Assembly (NCBI GenBank): GCA_963813715.1
Contig: CAWFAK010000017.1
Coordinates: 672,001-736,000 of the forward strand
Origin: an uncultured Planctomycetaceae bacterium
GTDB lineage: Bacteria > Planctomycetota > Planctomycetia > Planctomycetales > Planctomycetaceae
DNA length: 64,000 nt
Direction: 5' to 3'
This document shows positions 1 through 9,688 of this stretch, piece after piece. The notes beneath the pieces were generated by a model. The model was given only the letters and a program-made list of their open reading frames with translations. It had not been told where the DNA came from and did no database searches. Both the position numbers and the translations under genes were made by a program. Position 1 is the first letter of the stretch. Every line of letters starts with the position of its first letter.

Positions 1-92
1 TTGGCGGCCTGCGTCGTGGTTACTGTGGCAGCGTGACATGGTTATTGTGGGAGCGTGACGCAGTGTCCGCGTGACGCAATTCCAACGGATGG

Positions 93-590
93 ATGGCGAT
101 GGCTGGTCCGACGTGGCTGGACGAACTGTACCGGCAATATCGGCAGCCGTTGTTCCTGACGGCGTGGAACATCCTGCGCTGCTCCAGCCTGGCCGAAGAT
201 GCGGTCCATTGCGCGTTTGTCCGCCTGGCTGAGCTACGAAAAGTTCCGCGCGGGCCCAAGCTCTACGCCTTTCGCGCCGTGCGCAATGCGGCCGTCGACC
301 TGTCCCGCAACCGTGCCCGGCGCCGCGAAGAGCCAATCGGCGTCGAGGGGACTTCGGAGAGCGTCGGACCGGTGTCGGGCGACAAGGAATTGTCGATTGC
401 GGTGTCGGCCGCGTTAAACCAGCTCGATGACGCGGCACGCGAGATTGTCGAGCTGCATCTGCACTCGGGCCTGACCTTTCGCGAGATTGCCTCGGTGGTC
501 GAGGAGCCGCTGCAGACGGTCGCGTCCCGGTATCGGCGGGCATTGGAGAAACTGCGCCAGTTGCTGGAGGTGTGTGGTGAACGATCCTGA
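93..590 (+). CDS. ECF-type RNA polymerase sigma-70 factor
   Basis: Region 2 (AEDAVHCAFVRL...RNAAVD) and region 4 (GLTFREIASVVEEPLQTVASRYRRA) motifs; 165 aa. Confidence 0.9.
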   Translation: MAMAGPTWLDELYRQYRQPLFLTAWNILRCSSLAEDAVHCAFVRLAELRKVPRGPKLYAFRAVRNAAVDLSRNRARRREEPIGVEGTSESVGPVSGDKELSIAVSAALNQLDDAAREIVELHLHSGLTFREIASVVEEPLQTVASRYRRALEKLRQLLEVCGERS

Positions 591-978
591 CATTGAACGA
601 CTTATTTCGCGACTGGAGCGTCCCTCGCCGAGTCCGGAACTCGACGATCGGATCGCGGAAATCACCAGCCGGGCGCGTCCCCCGGGAACTGGCTCGTCCG
701 TTCGGAACCTCGTCCAAATCGGGGCCGCGTTGGCCTGTGCGGGGCTCGTTGGTTTCGTGCTGGGGCGGCAATCCGTGGCGACTCCGTCCGCGACGCCAAA
801 TGTTCCTCAGGTTCGGGGCCAAATTGCCGCGACGGTGCGGGAGCCGACACCAGAAGTCCGCGCCGTGGTTCCGGCCAGCGCTGCCTTCGTGCGACTCGTG
901 ACGAAACCCAAATCGTTTGTAAGCGTCTTTGGCGGCCAGTCGCTCGAAAAACGGGCTGGCGCCCTGGAAATCCAATAA
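577..978 (+). CDS. Putative anti-sigma factor, single TM protein
   Basis: GGAGG then GTG at 577, overlapping sigma stop; one hydrophobic segment (IGAALACAGLVGFVLG); position directly after ECF sigma. Confidence 0.6.
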   Translation: MNDPDIERLISRLERPSPSPELDDRIAEITSRARPPGTGSSVRNLVQIGAALACAGLVGFVLGRQSVATPSATPNVPQVRGQIAATVREPTPEVRAVVPASAAFVRLVTKPKSFVSVFGGQSLEKRAGALEIQ

Positions 979-1002
979 GACTGTCCCCCTGAGGAGAGTT
1001 CG

Positions 1003-1824
1003 ATGAAACTGTGGTTTATCGCCTGTCTAGGGCTCCTCTTTGCCATTTCACCGGGCACCGCGCGGAGCGACCAACCGAAAGAGGGAGCAGCGTCGAAGGC
1101 GCGTCCGATCCCTCCCGCTCCCGCTGGCGTCCCGGACGGTCCCGATACGGTTGAGGTCGATTTGCAGATCTGGCAAGTCTTTGGTGACGAACAGCGGGCG
1201 CTCAAGGAGGCCGGCTTCCGTGAAGTCGGCGGACTGCTGCGGTTGGGAGGCGGCGACGAGCGGAAGCACAACGGCATCCCCAATACCGTCGACCGCCAGC
1301 TTCAATTGATGAGGCCGCACGCCGAAAGACTCACCGGCGTGATGAGTCCGGGCATGAAGCTGCGTTTGGGGCACGTGGCTGGGCTGCAGATGGGCCTGGG
1401 CGTGACTAACACTCAGTTGTCCTACTTGGTGCGGACCGGTGAGAAGACGTTTGAACTGCAACATTTGTCCGCAGACGCGCAAAACACGCTCGGCCTCAAA
1501 GTCGATCTGACTCCCCGGGCCGTGCCGAGCGACCCCGAACTGATCAACATCGCGCCGCTCAAGATCTCGTTCACGACGGTCGACGGACGCGAACCGATTC
1601 CCGGCGTCGACTTGGAAATTGGCAAGCCGGTGATCTCCACTCGCACGTTGGAAACCTCGTTCACGTTGGTCGATGGGGGCGATGCCATCGGGATCGTGCT
1701 CCCGGGTCCTGAAGGGCGACAGCCGATTCTGTTCCTCACTGTGCACCGGGTTGCGGCAGCACAGCCAAGTGCTGCGACTCGTGGGCTCGCCACACCGGGT
1801 TCGTTCGCCAAAGGCCTGAAATAA
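1003..1824 (+). CDS. Hypothetical secreted protein
   Basis: RBS GAGGAG; N-terminal signal peptide (MKLWFIACLGLLFAISPGTARS). Confidence 0.7.
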   Translation: MKLWFIACLGLLFAISPGTARSDQPKEGAASKARPIPPAPAGVPDGPDTVEVDLQIWQVFGDEQRALKEAGFREVGGLLRLGGGDERKHNGIPNTVDRQLQLMRPHAERLTGVMSPGMKLRLGHVAGLQMGLGVTNTQLSYLVRTGEKTFELQHLSADAQNTLGLKVDLTPRAVPSDPELINIAPLKISFTTVDGREPIPGVDLEIGKPVISTRTLETSFTLVDGGDAIGIVLPGPEGRQPILFLTVHRVAAAQPSAATRGLATPGSFAKGLK

Positions 1825-1866
1825 CCTCGCGATGCAGAGGGCTGTCCGGTCGGCTAAAATGGGACG

Positions 1867-3005
1867 ATGCCCGGCAACTCTTTCGGACAGGCCTTTTGCA
1901 TCACCACAGCCGGTGAGAGTCACGGGCCCGCGAACGTGGTGATCATCGACGGCGTGCCGCCCGGCATCGAGCTGTCGGTCGACGATCTGATGGTCGACCT
2001 CAATCGCCGGCGGCCCGGCCAGAGCAAAATCGTCACGCAGCGTGACGAAGGCGACGTGCCCGAGATTCTCTCGGGCGTCTTCGAGGGGCGCACAACGGGC
2101 ACCGCGCTGGCCATTCTGATTCGCAACAACGACCAGCGCAGCCGCGACTACGAAGACATCAAGCACGTCTATCGCCCCGGGCATGCCGACTACACCTACG
2201 ACGCGAAATACGGCTTCCGCGATTATCGGGGTGGCGGCCGCTCGAGTGCTCGCGAGACAACAGTCCGCGTGGCGGCCGGCGTCGTCGCCAAAAAGCTGAT
2301 TCGCGCGGCCTTCGGCGGACTGGTCGTCGGATACGTCAAGCAGGTGGGCGACGTCGTCGCGGATGTGCCCGAGCCGGCCGCCGTCACGCTCGAGCAAGTT
2401 GAAAAGCTGCCGGACGGCGAACCGAACATCGTCCGCTGCCCCGATCCGCACGCCGCCGCTCGCATGGTCTCGCTCATCGAAAGTCTCCGCGGCCAAGGGG
2501 ACTCGATTGGCGGAGCGGCCGAGATCGTTGCGACGGGCGTGCCCCCGGGGCTTGGCGAGCCCGTGTTCGACAAGATCAAGGCCGACCTGGCCAAAGCCCT
2601 CTTCAGCCTGCCCGCGGTCCTCGGCGTCGAGTATGGGATCGGTTTCGGCTGCGTGACACTGCGCGGCAGCCAGAACAACGACCTGTTCCGCCCTGCGGAA
2701 AACTTGGCTCCGCGAAAGTCGGGCCAGCCGGCCGTCACCACGGAGACTAACCGCCACGGCGGCATGCTGGGCGGCATCACCAGCGGAATGCCGCTGGTCC
2801 TCCGCGCGGCGGTCAAGCCGACCAGCAGCCTGCCGATCGAGCAGAAGACTGTCACGGACGAAGGACAGCCGACGACGATTCGCACGAAGGGCCGGCACGA
2901 TCCGTGCCTGTTGCCCCGCTTCGTGCCGATGGCCGAGGCGATGGTGGCCATTGTGCTCGCCGACCATTGGCTGCGCTGGAAGGCCCAGATTGGGGACCCG
3001 ACCGC

Positions 3006-3009
<4 letters not shown>
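1867..3009 (+). CDS. aroC: Chorismate synthase
   Basis: GESHG, RPGHAD, GGRSSARET and GRHDPC signature motifs. Confidence 0.97.
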
Positions 3010-3425
<416 letters not shown>

Positions 3426-3554
3426 GTGCCCGCCGGTTGGCCCTGAAGTTCGCCGGATCCCTGCTATAATCGGGCGGAATTCGATCGAGCTGGCAGCACT
3501 GTTCGGCTGAACATCTGGCGAGAGGTTCTCGACACGACCAATGGGTGAGATTGC

Positions 3555-4830
3555 ATGCGGATCACACTCGACTACGGCAAAACGGGCATGGAAGTGGAAG
3601 TCCCGGACCGAAATTTGGTCGGTCCGCTGGGACTGCGGCCGGTCGAGCCGCTGGCCGATCCGGCCGGTAAATTGGCCGAGTCACTCGCCCACCCGATCGG
3701 GTCGGCGCCGCTGGTGGAATTGGCCCGCGGACGGAAGTCGGCGTGCGTCCTAATCTGCGACATTACGCGGCCCGTGCCGAATGAATTTCTGTTGCGCCAG
3801 ATCCTGCCCACGCTCGAGCGCGGCGGCATCCCGCGGGAAAATATCCTGATCCTGATCGCCACCGGCTTGCACCGGCCCAACGAGGGCGATGAGCTCGTCG
3901 AGTTGGTCGGAGCGGAAATCGCCGCCAATTATCGCGTCGAAAATCATGACGGTCGCAACCTGTGCCGAGCATGCCAACCTGGGCATGTCGCCGCGCGGCG
4001 TCCCCGTGTGGATCGATCGCCGCTATGTCGAAGCCGATCTCAAAATCGCCACCGGCCTGATCGAACCGCACCTGATGGCCGGTTACTCCGGCGGCCGCAA
4101 GCTGATCTGCCCGGGCATCGCGGCCCTCGAAACGGTGCAGTGCTGGCACGGTCCCGCTTTCCTCGAGCATCCACGGGCCGACTGCGGCATCCTCGAAGGG
4201 AATCCCGTCCACGAAGAGAACACGCGAATCGCCCGCATGGCTGGCTGCGATTTCATTGTGAACGTCTCGCTCGACAACGATCGCCGCGTGACCTCGCTCG
4301 TAGCCGGCGACATGGAGGCCGCCTTCGCCAAGGGAGTCGAGTTCGTCGAGTCGGTCTGCAAGGCACCCGTTCCCGAGGCGTGCGACGTGGTGGTCACCTC
4401 GAGCGCCGGCTATCCGCTCGACACGACGTTTTACCAGGCGATCAAAGGGCTCACCGGCGTGCTGCCCATCGTCAAACAGGGCGGCACCATCGTGATCGCC
4501 GCAGCCCTCGATCAGGGGATCGGCAGCCCAGAATTTCGCAGCCTGTTTAGCGAGAATGCCGATCTCGACACCTTCATGCGGCGAATCATGGGGAAAGACT
4601 ATTTCGTGCTCGACCAGTGGCAGCTGGAAAAGCTGGGCCACGTCTGCCGCAAGGCTCGTCCGCGGTTCGTCACGCAGGGCCTCAATCCCGCAACGATGAA
4701 GGGCCTCTTCGTCGACTCTGTCCCCAGCGTCGAGCAGGCGATTGCCGAGGCGCTGACGGAATACGGCCCGAACGCCCGCATCGCAGTGGTGCCGAAGGGC
4801 CCGTACGTGCTGCCGGTCGTGGCGGCGTGA
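3555..4830 (+). CDS. larA: Nickel-dependent lactate racemase (LarA) family protein, one frameshift near 3963
   Basis: DITRPVP, ATGLHRP in ORF 3555; [19 protein letters not shown] in ORF 3889; frames join at ~3960. Confidence 0.85.
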
Positions 4831-4862
4831 ACCGAGCACCAAGCTCCCGCGCCTGAGCTGCC

Positions 4863-4933
4863 GGGGATCTTTCTCTCCCTATTGCGCAAACGGATCCCCA
4901 TCACCGCCGGGGATCCATTTTTCATCCCCGGCG
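4863..4933. repeat. GGGGATC/GGATCCCC palindromic REP-like element; degenerate direct copy at 11945-11986
   Basis: GGGGATC..CTCCCTAT..AAA.GGATCCCCA.CACC at 4863 and 11945; perfect 10-bp hairpin CGCCGGGGAT/ATCCCCGGCG at 4905-4933. Confidence 0.55.
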
Positions 4934-5070
4934 AGTTCAGGGGTTTAATATCCTCTAAATCGTCCAACGTGCTCGCGGTCGGCGCTTGCAAGGGATGATG
5001 AAAACGCCCCGGTGACGTGGTTGCACACGGCAACGGGGCTGACCAAAACCTCGCTTAATAGGAGCAAGGC

Positions 5071-6177
5071 ATGGCTACGGCCATTCTGGGGGCTGCTCGC
5101 CCCACTGTCGAGCGGTCACGCTCGCCCCAATTCGTTCGCGTGCGGTGTTGTGCCCGATTGCTTGGGGTCTGTGTCCAAACGGTGCGAAATTACGCTGACG
5201 ACCCGTCGAATAGGGTTGAGGTACGCCGCACCCCCGGTGGTCATCGATTGGTTAACCTCGCACAGATTGCCGAGTGCTTTGGGGTGGACCTGGCCACCGA
5301 TGAAACGCCGACAGAGACCGCGCGGAGGCGCCTGATAATCGGGTACTGCCGTGTGAGCACATCCAAGCAAAAAACGGCAGGGAATTTGGCTCGCCAAGCC
5401 GAGCGGGTGAAAGCCTACATCGAAGAAAACTGGCCGGGAGAAAAGTACATCATCCTTTGCGAGCAACGTTCGGGAATCTCCACTGACCGGCCGGGCTTGT
5501 TAAAAGTGCTGGACCTATCGTTGGCGTCGAAGTGCAAAATTCTGTGTGCCGAGCATCCCTGTCGGGTCAGCCGTGGGAGTTTTGCCCTAATCTCGCGCGT
5601 TCTGCAACGGTGCGGCGTGGAAATTGTGTTGACCAAAACCGGCGAGAAAGAGAACGACGCAAAATCGCAGGAAGAAGAGACGCTCCACGACGCCATGAGC
5701 ATGATTTATTGCATGCAGGCGCGGGCGTGTGGTCGCCGTGCCCACGACAAAACCCGGTTCGTCCCCACCCAAGCCTTCCGCGACCGCGTTGCTGCTCTCC
5801 ACGGGCAGGGAATGCCGGTCGCCGCAATCTTCGCGGCGATTGCTGCGGAGGGGCACCGCTGTACCAACACGGGCCGGGAAGCGACCCTGAAATCGGTGTG
5901 GCGTGTGGTCAAGGATATCGAGAGGGGTGCGCTCAACGGGGTGCCGGAATCGGTGCGGCGGTTTGTGGGGGAAGCTTGTAGGCTGTCGCCGGGGTCAACT
6001 GTCCTCACTCGTTACGTCTGGCGGGCCTTCCAAGAGTTTTGCACCACGCACGGTCTATCCCCGGTAAGCCGGAATCGGCTGCCCGCCTTCATTCGGTCGG
6101 CGGCTCCATCGGTCCAAACCCGGCTAGCGCGTCATCATGCGGACGGATTTGAATTTGTGGGGCTGGCATTGGCTTAA
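5071..6177 (+). CDS. IS607 TnpA-like serine recombinase with C-terminal extension
   Basis: AGGAG RBS; N-terminal MerR-like HTH (ARLLGVCVQTVRNY...RTPGGHR); catalytic GYCRVST; SGISTDRPGL; ~145 extra C-terminal residues. Confidence 0.85.
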   Translation: MATAILGAARPTVERSRSPQFVRVRCCARLLGVCVQTVRNYADDPSNRVEVRRTPGGHRLVNLAQIAECFGVDLATDETPTETARRRLIIGYCRVSTSKQKTAGNLARQAERVKAYIEENWPGEKYIILCEQRSGISTDRPGLLKVLDLSLASKCKILCAEHPCRVSRGSFALISRVLQRCGVEIVLTKTGEKENDAKSQEEETLHDAMSMIYCMQARACGRRAHDKTRFVPTQAFRDRVAALHGQGMPVAAIFAAIAAEGHRCTNTGREATLKSVWRVVKDIERGALNGVPESVRRFVGEACRLSPGSTVLTRYVWRAFQEFCTTHGLSPVSRNRLPAFIRSAAPSVQTRLARHHADGFEFVGLALA

Positions 6178-6201
6178 ACCCAACAATCCCTTGCCTAACC
6201 C

Positions 6202-6227
6202 GAGCCGGCTTGCTGCCGGCTCTTTTT
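6202..6227 (+). terminator. Rho-independent terminator after recombinase gene
   Basis: GAGCCGGC-ttgct-GCCGGCTC followed by TTTTT. Confidence 0.8.
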
Positions 6228-6332
6228 ATGGCCGCCATCGTTTAGACGATTTAGAGGTTCCACTTGACCCGGCGGGGATCCGACCCCCACCGGCCAAGTA
6301 TTGTCCGAGCCACTTGGATGCCGGAAACGTCG

Positions 6333-6430
6333 GGTCCCGTCCCGCTTCAATCCCGTCCCGTCCCAGGCAAACGGACAATCGAAGTCTGGACGAATCTGTC
6401 GGGATCCGCTCGATAAAACAACGTGTCCCG
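6333..6430. repeat. GTCCC-rich repeat unit (continues at 10181-10374 and 11886-11921 once insertions are removed)
   Basis: Multiple (T)GTCCCGTCCC copies; shared block TCGGGAT(C/T)CGCTCGA(T/C)AAAACAA(C/T)GTGTCCCG at ~6399-6430 and ~10339-10370. Confidence 0.8.
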
Positions 6431-6453
6431 GGCTTTGCACAACGGAACGCATT

Positions 6454-7740
6454 TTAGCCGATCTGTTGTGCAATCCTCAGACTCGTTGTGCAGACCGGGG
6501 CGGATGCGAAGTCGGGCTGAATCCCAAGCTCGTGCATGGCGTGGATCAGTACGCTCAGATTGTGGCAGAGGATTTTCGCCAGCACTTCGTTCTTCATGGC
6601 GAGTTTGGTGCGGCTGCGAACCGCGTCCCCGAACTTGGCCTTAATTGCTCCGATTGCCGCCTCAATGTTGCTCCGCTTGTGGTAATGCCGCAGGAACTCT
6701 TCGCGGTGCAGGCTGAAGTAGTGGAAAGCCTTGGCGTACAGTCCGCCTACTGCCCCGGTTGTGCCTTGTCGAAACGGGATGTAGGTGCTCGCGTTGTGCT
6801 TGGCGATTGCCTCAAAGTTTGCCGTGCTGGCGTACTGCCGGTCTGCTGAGATTTCCGACACGTCGAAGTTCTTGGCGGTCGCGTCTAAGAGCACCGGCAA
6901 GAGCGGGCTGTCATTCGTGCAGCGCTCGTGAATCTCCACCGCTGTCACGACGTGGGTGGTCACGCCGATCATCAGGTGCGCTTTTACCCAGTCGGTTTCC
7001 TTCCGCTCGCCACCGCACGGGCCGTACTTGTGGTCATACCAGCGATAGAAGCGGCTGGCCGTGAAGCCAGTCGAGTCAGCCGCGAAGTCGCATTCAATCG
7101 CGGTCAGCGGCAGGCTGCTTTTGACGATTAGTTCGCGGAGAACTTCCGTCATGCGTTCGTCGTCAAGGTGATTGAAGATTGAGTTGAAGTGCGGAACGCA
7201 GCCGATGTGCCCCTTGGCGTGCGCGTTGCGTAGGTCCGACATAAAGCGCCGCCCCGACAACGTGCTGTAGACCTTGAAGCAGCAAGCGAACACTGCGTCA
7301 CACAACGGAATGCGGTGCTGTCCGCGACCCTTTTGCGGTTCTTCTACGATCCCCTCGCACAACGCAGCCAAGAGCGATTGGAATGTATCCTTCTCGCTGG
7401 TCTGGGCGCGGTTGTACGCGGGCCACTGCTGCGGATAGCTCTTGCGGACGATCCTCTCTTCGACCGTCACGCTTTCCGTAACGGTCTCCGACCCATCCGC
7501 GAACAATTCCCTTTGTCGCACGATTCGCACGGCCAAAATGTGTTTGCAGGTGCAGCCGCGAAGCTCGAAATCGGGGCAGGTGCAGTGAGGCGACTGATCG
7601 TCAGGATCGACCTTGTATCGCTTCTCGCCCGGCAACGATTGAGACGAGACGTACCACTGGTGTCCGATCTGCACGATCTTTTGCGTTGCCGCCAAGATCA
7701 TTGCCCGGTTTTCACGGTCCAGCAATTTCCAGTCTGTCAT
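6454..7740 (-). CDS. DDE transposase with N-terminal SWIM zinc finger
   Basis: CTCPDF...CKH SWIM motif; ADSTGF, SADRQY and Y-x2-R-x3-E-x6-K (YHKRSNIEAAIGAIK) catalytic motifs; intact 428 aa. Confidence 0.9.
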   Translation of the reverse strand: MTDWKLLDRENRAMILAATQKIVQIGHQWYVSSQSLPGEKRYKVDPDDQSPHCTCPDFELRGCTCKHILAVRIVRQRELFADGSETVTESVTVEERIVRKSYPQQWPAYNRAQTSEKDTFQSLLAALCEGIVEEPQKGRGQHRIPLCDAVFACCFKVYSTLSGRRFMSDLRNAHAKGHIGCVPHFNSIFNHLDDERMTEVLRELIVKSSLPLTAIECDFAADSTGFTASRFYRWYDHKYGPCGGERKETDWVKAHLMIGVTTHVVTAVEIHERCTNDSPLLPVLLDATAKNFDVSEISADRQYASTANFEAIAKHNASTYIPFRQGTTGAVGGLYAKAFHYFSLHREEFLRHYHKRSNIEAAIGAIKAKFGDAVRSRTKLAMKNEVLAKILCHNLSVLIHAMHELGIQPDFASAPVCTTSLRIAQQIG

Positions 7741-7780
7741 GGCCGTATCTCGTTAGTGGTGCCGTTGACTCAGCACCGTT

Positions 7781-7853
7781 ATTGTAGCAATATTATTGCT
7801 ACCAACAAGAGTCGGGTTGACAGTCTCCGAATAATTTTGCTACAAAAATTCAA
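7781..7853. promoter_or_regulatory. Divergent promoter region with palindromic operator
   Basis: GTAGCAAT-att-ATTGCTAC (7784-7802); extra TTGCTAC half-site ~7837-7843; TTGACA(7817-7822)-N18-TACAAA(7841-7846) just before ATG 7854; TACAAT on minus strand at 7781-7786. Confidence 0.6.
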
Positions 7854-8060
7854 ATGGCTGGACGCCCACCAAAAGACCCGGCACAACGGATGACCACGGA
7901 TCTTCGGATTCCGGTCACTCCTGAGCAGAAGCAGCTCATCGCAGAGGCGATGGCGGCGGAAGAACGCGAATTCGCGGGATGGGCGAGAGAAGTGCTCCTG
8001 AAGCACGCCCATGCGATCGTGGATGCCCCTATAGGCAGGAAACGCCGCAAATCTACTTAG
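7854..8060 (+). CDS. Small ribbon-helix-helix-like DNA-binding protein
   Basis: GRPPK AT-hook-like start, LRIPVTPEQKQLIAEA..FAGWAREVLL strand-helix-helix pattern; divergent from transposase. Confidence 0.7.
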   Translation: MAGRPPKDPAQRMTTDLRIPVTPEQKQLIAEAMAAEEREFAGWAREVLLKHAHAIVDAPIGRKRRKST

Positions 8061-8116
8061 CTTGCTAAGGATTGCGAGTTGTGGTGCATTGCGTGTGCGC
8101 ATCGGCGTTTTTGTAT

Positions 8117-8145
8117 TTGACTGCCTCTAAACAGGACGATACAGT
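8117..8145 (+). promoter_or_regulatory. Sigma70-type promoter for small RNA
   Basis: TTGACT(8117-8122)-N17-TACAGT(8140-8145), no plus-strand gene downstream. Confidence 0.65.
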
Positions 8146-8151
8146 TCGTGT

Positions 8152-8217
8152 GGAGTTGGAGTGGGGCCTGCCCGGTCCCAATTAGACGCCTGCCCGGCGT
8201 TGCCCAACTCTTTTTTT
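8152..8217 (+). ncRNA. Candidate structured small RNA convergent on DUF3800 gene
   Basis: Outer stem GAGTTGG/CCAACTC enclosing two 6-bp hairpins with identical TGCCC loops, followed by T7; promoter directly upstream. Confidence 0.7.
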
Positions 8218-8975
8218 ATTTCGAACTTTGGCAGACGACCAGTTTTCCCGAGCCGTCGTCCAACTGCCACTTTTGGATCCCAAACCGCTGGTAGCCGTTG
8301 ACCGTGCCGGACCATTCCAACGGCCGCAGCAGGTCGGTCCAAGTGCTGAATTTTTCGTCTCCGACTGCCCGCCTACCGAGAATGAACGCGCAGATATCTG
8401 CAAGCTGAATTCCGGGGGTCACGTGCGACACACCGACCAGCGGATAATGCGAAACGTTCGGCAGCCGCACGCCTGAAACAAATCTCTTGACGGCCGTCGC
8501 CATCCGTGGCTCTTGGCCACAAATCTGGCTGTCAAAGACAAGGTTAACGCGCCGTACGGGCTGACCTTGCAGGCACACGCTGACACCTTGTCGAGCACGT
8601 CGGCGAACGGACTGGCAAGCCTCTTCGTTCCGAGCCGGCTGAAGATTCCTTGCTCGCCGCGTACGATCGCTCCAAACAGCCAGATCGGATGCTTTCGGCG
8701 GTATCCCAGCAAAGTCTCGAATACGTGCTTGGTCAGGTCGTGATTTGTGGTGCTACCGAACTTCTGTGCTTGTCGGAACGATCCGTTTGATAGCAGGCGC
8801 TTCCCTTCAGCTCCTTAGTCATGTCCCTGGCGTGCTCGACCCCGAAAAACTGATACGCGCGCCTTGTAGAGCGTTAAGGCGAGCGCCGGACTGACCGGTC
8901 GTGCATGAGGCACCCGGCAATCGCCGTCGCCCCGCCGTTGCTGTCTTGGTAGGACTCATCGAAGAAACACCACAC
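8216..8975 (-). pseudogene. DUF3800-family (RNase H-like) protein, at least 4 frameshifts (decay or sequencing error)
   Basis: GTG 8975 gives MWCFFDESY; ELKG motif ~8805-8815; C-terminal SHVTPGIQLADICAF; pieces in ORFs 8419-8712 and 8216-8578. Confidence 0.75.
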
Positions 8976-9048
8976 AACTTGGACTCCGCCTTAGATGGTT
9001 TCGCAATCCCTGCCGACCAAATCACCGCGGTCACAGTTGCCGATCTCC

Positions 9049-9082
9049 AAAAACAAAAAAGCCCAGAGCCGATGCTCCGGGC
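9049..9082 (-). terminator. Intrinsic terminator-like hairpin upstream of DUF3800
   Basis: Minus strand GCCCGGAGC-atcg-GCTCTGGGC followed by TTTTTTGTTTTT. Confidence 0.6.
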
Positions 9083-9316
9083 GAATATGAGTCGCGTTCG
9101 GATGTGGCAATCATGCCACGTGCATCATGCACGGCCGCCTTCCTTGGCTCCTTAAATGAACTCGACCGCCCTGGCTGACTGCGAGATCAAGCGGGGGCGG
9201 TCGAATCGGCCCGAGGGCCGAATGCGCATACAACAGGTTGTGTCCGCCTGATCTCGCTATCACAATTATCTCGGACAAAACCTATCTGGCAATATCTTTT
9301 TGTTCACACGCGACGA

Positions 9317-9688
9317 TTACTTTTTGTACACAAATCGTAGGCGGGGCGACTTAAGAATCTGTTCCGACAGGACGATCAGGCCAAGTGTCAGCGAGCCAGT
9401 CGAGGCTTCCCGTTCAATCCAAAATGATGTGTCCTCGGGTTTCACCTGAAGAACTACCAGACCGGTCCTCGGTGAGACCTTGGCTCTAATTCGCTCAGAC
9501 CATTCTGCTGCGGATCGTCCGGCAGGGTCATTAATGAGCCATGCGAAATTGAACCAGTGCCACCATTCCACTCGGGGTTCATCTTCCAACATTTTGGTGA
9601 TGGCGTCGCGCTCTTCTGTGGGCGCTGTGTCGTCAACGAGAACCACGAACTTACGCACTGGTTGCGCTCCTGTTTCGCGATTTTTCAT
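9317..9688 (-). CDS. Small ferredoxin-like (Cas2/SinR-annotated type) hypothetical protein; probable 3' frameshift
   Basis: FVVLVD...EWWHWFNFAWLI...SAAEW...LVVLQV pattern; alternative frame ends LDWLADTW. Confidence 0.5.
   Translation of the reverse strand: MKNRETGAQPVRKFVVLVDDTAPTEERDAITKMLEDEPRVEWWHWFNFAWLINDPAGRSAAEWSERIRAKVSPRTGLVVLQVKPEDTSFWIEREASTGSLTLGLIVLSEQILKSPRLRFVYKK

Larger units (their letters stand above)
4952..6257. mobile_element. Putative serine-recombinase element bounded by 13-bp inverted repeats
   Basis: CCTCTAAATCGTC (4952-4964) and GACGATTTAGAGG (6245-6257) enclose only the recombinase gene and its terminator; no TSD seen. Confidence 0.55.

Noticed and set aside
6177..6430. 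tnpB/omega-RNA remnant after the IS607-like gene
   Set aside because: A terminator follows at once and no RuvC or Zn-finger coding remnant is visible
8169..8179. Small-RNA segment TGCCCGGTCCC resembling the target TGTCCCGTCCC (RNA-guided targeting idea)
   Set aside because: 9/11 match in GC-rich DNA, half of it is paired in the stem, and the unrelated IS4 uses the same target without such an RNA
9206..9283. Integron attC or dif site
   Set aside because: No clear RYYYAAC...GTTRRRY box pairing or XerC/D consensus; no integron integrase nearby
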